A stretch of DNA of 61,670 nt, filler included, from Globobulimina sp. (taxonomy: Eukaryota), in assembly GCA_003354225.1 (NCBI GenBank). It is 15 parts of 15 records of this genome, joined end to end, with 100 filler letters (N's around TTAATTAATTAA, not from the genome) between each part and the next. Parts side by side here need not be neighbours in the genome. Positions count along the whole stretch, not along the records: positions 53,539 to 57,554 come from PIVH01001735.1; positions 57,655 to 61,670 come from PIVH01001736.1; 13 more parts are not named here. The stretch is one strand, 5' to 3'. Under the pieces are notes generated by a model. It did not search any database. It was not told the origin of the DNA and worked only from the letters and a program-made list of their open reading frames with translations. A program made the translations under genes and the position numbers. Of this stretch, positions 57,450 to 61,670 are shown piece by piece. The stretch's first letter is position 1; each line of letters opens with the position of its first letter.

Positions 57450-57936
57450 TACAGCTGTAATAATTTGTATAGAGATAGTACTAAGTACTAAAAATCCTCA
57501 TGTCAACTGAACAATGGCTCCAAGTACGCAAAGACAGTGAATCTGATGGTTGGTNNNNNNNNNNNNNNNNNNNNNNNNNNNNNNNNNNNNNNNNNNNNTT
57601 AATTAATTAANNNNNNNNNNNNNNNNNNNNNNNNNNNNNNNNNNNNNNNNNNNNATAAATAATAAAATTATATCTATTAAAGATACCAAAGTGGAGATTG
57701 AAGCTTTTTGTTTGGAATTTTCAAGGATACGCGAAGCGACAAAATTATATAAGTTATTGAAACAACAAAATATTTCATCAACTCACAACAATCAGAATCA
57801 GAGTGAAAGTAATGAGTAATGACACGCAATAAAAGAAAACATTATATGCTAATAATTTGATTGTTTGCTCGTATCTCACTACTTGGTCATCATTATAAAA
57901 TTAGCTTTTTCTGTTTTTCATCTTTAAACTAAAAGC

Positions 57937-58959
57937 ATGGCGCAGGCAGAAGAAAAAAAAGAAGAATTGCAACAACAACAACAAGTGGTATTAGTAACTG
58001 GATCAAATAAAGGAATTGGTTTAGCATTATGCCAAATGCTCGTTAAACAAGCCAACCTTTTGGTTATTATCGGTTGCAGAAATTTCCAATATATTCCAAT
58101 TCCAAAAGATGTAAATGTTAAAAAAGAACCTGATAACTACGAAGCTGTCGGCAAAAATGAATCAAAACAAACAAGAATTGAAATATTACAAAATATCCGC
58201 TTCAAAGATGTAAAAAACGTCGATTTTGTTGAAATTGATATTTGTGACAAAGATTCAGTCAAAAAAGCTGCTGAACAAATTAAACAAAAATACCAACAAA
58301 TTGATATTTTGGTGAATAACGCGGGGATGGCATTTAAAGGCAATGCGTTTGATATTGATGGTATGTTATATTGTTTTAATACTTTAATATTATATTACTA
58401 ATTACGTAAATATTTAGTGGTGAATACTACCTTCAAAACCAATTATTTTGGAACAGTGGCTGTGACCGAAGCATTTTTGCCGTTGATCCGAGATGGCGGT
58501 AAAATTATTAATACATCATCAACAGCCGGGACATTAAGCGGAGTGGTTAAAGACGCAAAGCTTCAGCAACAAATATTGAAATCTGACTTGACTCAAAATG
58601 AATTAGAACAAATAATAGCTGATTTTAAGCAGCATGTCGCCAAAGATAAAAGTTTAGCAAATGCGCCATATAAACGGAGTGCGTACGGAATGTCAAAAGT
58701 GGCAATGTCTGCTTATTCAAGAATTATGGCAGCACAGCTTGCAAAGCGTAATATCTTTGTTGCCGCATACTGTCCCGGATGGTGTGCGACTTATATGTCG
58801 AGCGGCGGTGGTAACAGAACTGCACAAAATGGTGCAAAAGGTTTGGAATTGTTATGTTTGGCAAAGAAAGGAATAGATGAAAGTGGCAAATTTTGGAGTT
58901 GTGAATTTGAGGATCAAAATGAAAATTCAACCGGAAAGCTTCAAAATATTGATTGGTAA
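57937..58959 (+). CDS. Carbonyl reductase-like short-chain dehydrogenase (intron 58361-58417)
   Basis: TGSNKGIG, LVNNAG, TNYFG, YGMSK, CPGWCAT. Confidence 0.92.
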
Positions 58960-59355
58960 ATAATAATTAATCGATAATATATAATTTTAAGGGCGCCGTG
59001 GCCCGTCGATAAATATTAAATTAATGTTTTGTAGCAAATGCTTGAAATATTGATTCCCTACATTTTAAATCGTATCCTTATGCTAATCCAGACTCCATTG
59101 TTTTTGATGATAAGAGTAGCTGCAAAACATTTCGCATTGACTGGATATTCGCACTTTATTATTATTATTGCTCAGAAACATAAAAATATGAACAGAATAT
59201 GTAGAATCAACAAGTACGACCATATGGCATCACCATAGGCTGGTAATAAAATCGACACATAACGCAGTCAGTAATTTAGAAATGAATTATGAGATTACAT
59301 GATGATGATGTCAGATGTCAGATACATGAATTAAAATTACTAAATCTGTAACAAT

Positions 59356-61670
59356 ATGCAACAAGTGATATCCAGTCGCAATCGCAAAAAACGTGCTCGT
59401 CACAACCAAGTTCACATGAACTCGAATAGCAACTCAGCATTAGAGGCAAGACTCGATATAGAATCAATTAGCGTTGTTCGCAAACAAACGGAACTCGGAG
59501 ACAATGATCGAGCATTAAGACATTCAAAATCGTTGCCACACACTATAAACAGTGTAAATACATTTAATGAACTTTCCAGCAAAAAACACAAATCCGACGC
59601 TGATATTACCGGCAAATCAGACATTTCAATGAATAATCTAAATCTACAAAATCCACCAACAAATGTTGATGTAAATACTGCCCAACAACAAAATGATAAT
59701 ATGGATTCTCACACATACTCCGCAATAAGTGCTTTATTAGAAATACGCAGAGATACTACACTAAATTCAACGGGCTCATTATTGGGACAATTAACTAACA
59801 AAATAATGCCAACCAACAAAAACAAAACCAAAGAGCAAAAAAAATGGAAACCTCGAACTATGAGAATCAGTTCGGATTTAACTGCATTATCAACGTATAA
59901 AACTCAAATGTTGGCCTCGGAAAATGATTCATGTTTGCCGTCGATAATGGTATTTCATCCATATTCCGGACCGCGAATGATTTGGGATCTGACCATAATA
60001 TTTTTAATATTATACACTGCCATCGCTGTCCCGTTACGATTAAGTTGGTCGTTACCAGAAACCTTCGTATTTTGGATATTTGATCGTTTCTTAGATTTGA
60101 TGTTCATCATCGATATATTTATAAATTTCAACACCGCATTTGAACGAGGTACAGAACTCATTGTTGATAGGAAAGAAATCACGCAAAATTATATAAGGAC
60201 ATGGTTTTTATTAGATTTTGTTGCTTCTGCTCCATTTGATTTTTGTATGGCGGTTATAAATGGTGGCGATATGTTAGATTTTGCCAATAATTCTAATCCT
60301 TCTTCGTTATCTTTATTACCGCGCTTAGTGCGCTTATTTAAGTTATCGCGACTGTTCAGATTGGCGAGATTGCAGAGAATATTACGAAGAGTACAGCTAC
60401 AAATAGGAATTCGCAACAGCACCAATAAGATATTAAAATTCTCAGGTTCTGCGATATTATGTGCACATTGGATGGCGTGTATGTTTTACGCAACTTCTAC
60501 TTTTTCAGCCAGCAACGATTTGGGAGATTTTCCGAGTTGGGTGGAAAGATTAAATGAAAACGGCAAAAACCAACTAGACTCCAACAATGTCGCGCATACT
60601 TACATTGCAGCATTATACTGGTCATTAACCACTATGACAAGCATCGGCTACGGCGATGTTTCTCCCAAGACGCCGGCAGAAAGAATATTTGGTATTTTTG
60701 GTATGATTTGTGGAGCTGTTTTATTTGGCCATTTCATGGGCAATGTATTAGCTGTTGTGGCAGATATGAGTCCCGCTGAAAATGAATTTCATTTAAAAAT
60801 GGATATGTTGAATGTTTACATGAAAGAACAAAACTTGCCGACTGAGCTACGGCGACAAATTGAAGAATTCTATCACGTCGAACATAAATTGAATAATCAC
60901 CAGGTGGATGAAGCGGAAATGTTACGTGAAATACCGGACAGATTGAAAAGAGAATTATCATTGGCGATAAGTAAGCGGATATTGGGCAATGTGCCATTGT
61001 TTGATGGGATGAGTTCATCCTTTGTTCGCACTGTTGGATTGTCGATGGAACGGAGGATTTATCCGCAAGGCGAGTATGTGATACGCGAAGGAGAAGAAGT
61101 TAATCAATTTTATATATTAACTGCCGGTCGCGCCTATTTGCTGCAAAATGGAGCAGTGATTGGTGCCATTTCGAATGGTGACTATTTTGGTTCGATCCCA
61201 ATTCATTGGCAACAATTCCAACAAACTGCAAAATCAACTTATTCTGTCCGGACATTAGAATGGACGGAAGTTCGTAGTTTATCGATTTCGCGCTTTCGAC
61301 AATTAATTGTAGAATTTCCTGATGCCAAAGATATACTAATTGCGAGAATCGTGGATAACATTTTGGAGCAAAACAAGCAGACATTAGACGAAGGTGCCTC
61401 TGAATCAGCCGCACCATCAAAAGAAAGTAATCAGAACAAGTATGAAATGACAAAGGATAGTCATAATATAGAGATCGAGAGTTCTGACCGAAATCTGAGA
61501 AGGTCTTTATCTGCGGATGTCGATAGAAATCAGTTGATACGTTATGTTGAAAACGCATTATGTCTGAATGAGAATAGTCAGAATATGACACCTACAAATA
61601 ATAAAACATCAAATCCTGAATTGCAAAAAGGATATGAGGCCACTTCGATTCTGAAAGATCTGAAAAAGTT
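59356..61670 (+). CDS. Voltage-gated K+ channel, CNBD (EAG/KCNH-like) family, 3' truncated; absent from the ORF track
   Basis: Manually read open frame: WD..I, S4 RLVRLFKLSRLFRLAR, pore YWSLTTMTSIGYGD, C-linker, CNB-like GDYFG. Confidence 0.92.
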   Translation, partial: MQQVISSRNRKKRARHNQVHMNSNSNSALEARLDIESISVVRKQTELGDNDRALRHSKSLPHTINSVNTFNELSSKKHKSDADITGKSDISMNNLNLQNPPTNVDVNTAQQQNDNMDSHTYSAISALLEIRRDTTLNSTGSLLGQLTNKIMPTNKNKTKEQKKWKPRTMRISSDLTALSTYKTQMLASENDSCLPSIMVFHPYSGPRMIWDLTIIFLILYTAIAVPLRLSWSLPETFVFWIFDRFLDLMFIIDIFINFNTAFERGTELIVDRKEITQNYIRTWFLLDFVASAPFDFCMAVINGGDMLDFANNSNPSSLSLLPRLVRLFKLSRLFRLARLQRILRRVQLQIGIRNSTNKILKFSGSAILCAHWMACMFYATSTFSASNDLGDFPSWVERLNENGKNQLDSNNVAHTYIAALYWSLTTMTSIGYGDVSPKTPAERIFGIFGMICGAVLFGHFMGNVLAVVADMSPAENEFHLKMDMLNVYMKEQNLPTELRRQIEEFYHVEHKLNNHQVDEAEMLREIPDRLKRELSLAISKRILGNVPLFDGMSSSFVRTVGLSMERRIYPQGEYVIREGEEVNQFYILTAGRAYLLQNGAVIGAISNGDYFGSIPIHWQQFQQTAKSTYSVRTLEWTEVRSLSISRFRQLIVEFPDAKDILIARIVDNILEQNKQTLDEGASESAAPSKESNQNKYEMTKDSHNIEIESSDRNLRRSLSADVDRNQLIRYVENALCLNENSQNMTPTNNKTSNPELQKGYEATSILKDLKK

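Noticed and set aside
4023-57654. Regularly spaced TTAATTAATTAA repeats as a CRISPR array, telomere or nanochromosome boundary
   Set aside because: They are always embedded in 44+44 N, and contig lengths fall monotonically: a concatenation linker.

Overview
This window is not one locus. It is 15 unrelated contigs of about 4.02 kb, sorted by decreasing length (4022 to 4016 bp) and joined by artificial 100-nt spacers (44 N + TTAATTAATTAA + 44 N), so no gene adjacency across a spacer is meaningful. Contig 1 (1-4022) is a bacteriophage fragment: an HTH regulator, divergent promoters, an ERF-type annealase with a YqaJ/lambda-type exonuclease, a terminator and a convergent tail-fibre-like gene. The other 14 contigs come from an AT-rich, gene-dense microbial eukaryote with short GT-AG introns. 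The gene content (7TM-RGS proteins, PT-repeat secreted proteins, DUF4419) looks like a foraminiferan or other rhizarian, but that is inference. Recognisable genes include an FCP1 CTD phosphatase, a sulfotransferase, an actin-like protein, a CAP-Gly protein, a C2H2 zinc finger, a senescence/spartin-domain protein, a glutaredoxin, two 7TM-RGS genes, a RanBP2 zinc-finger protein, an MFSD1-like transporter, UBXN11, an ALDH, an MRH lectin, a TPR protein, an IDH/IPMDH-family enzyme, an SDR and a CNBD-family K+ channel missing from the ORF track. There is also a DIRS-like retroelement and several MITE-like inverted repeats. The most novel-looking item is a spliced gene (53610-55040, minus) encoding an N-myristoylation motif, a globin domain and an RGS domain, a candidate gas-sensing regulator of heterotrimeric G proteins. 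This copy carries a frameshift. All domain calls are from motif recognition by eye; no searches were run.
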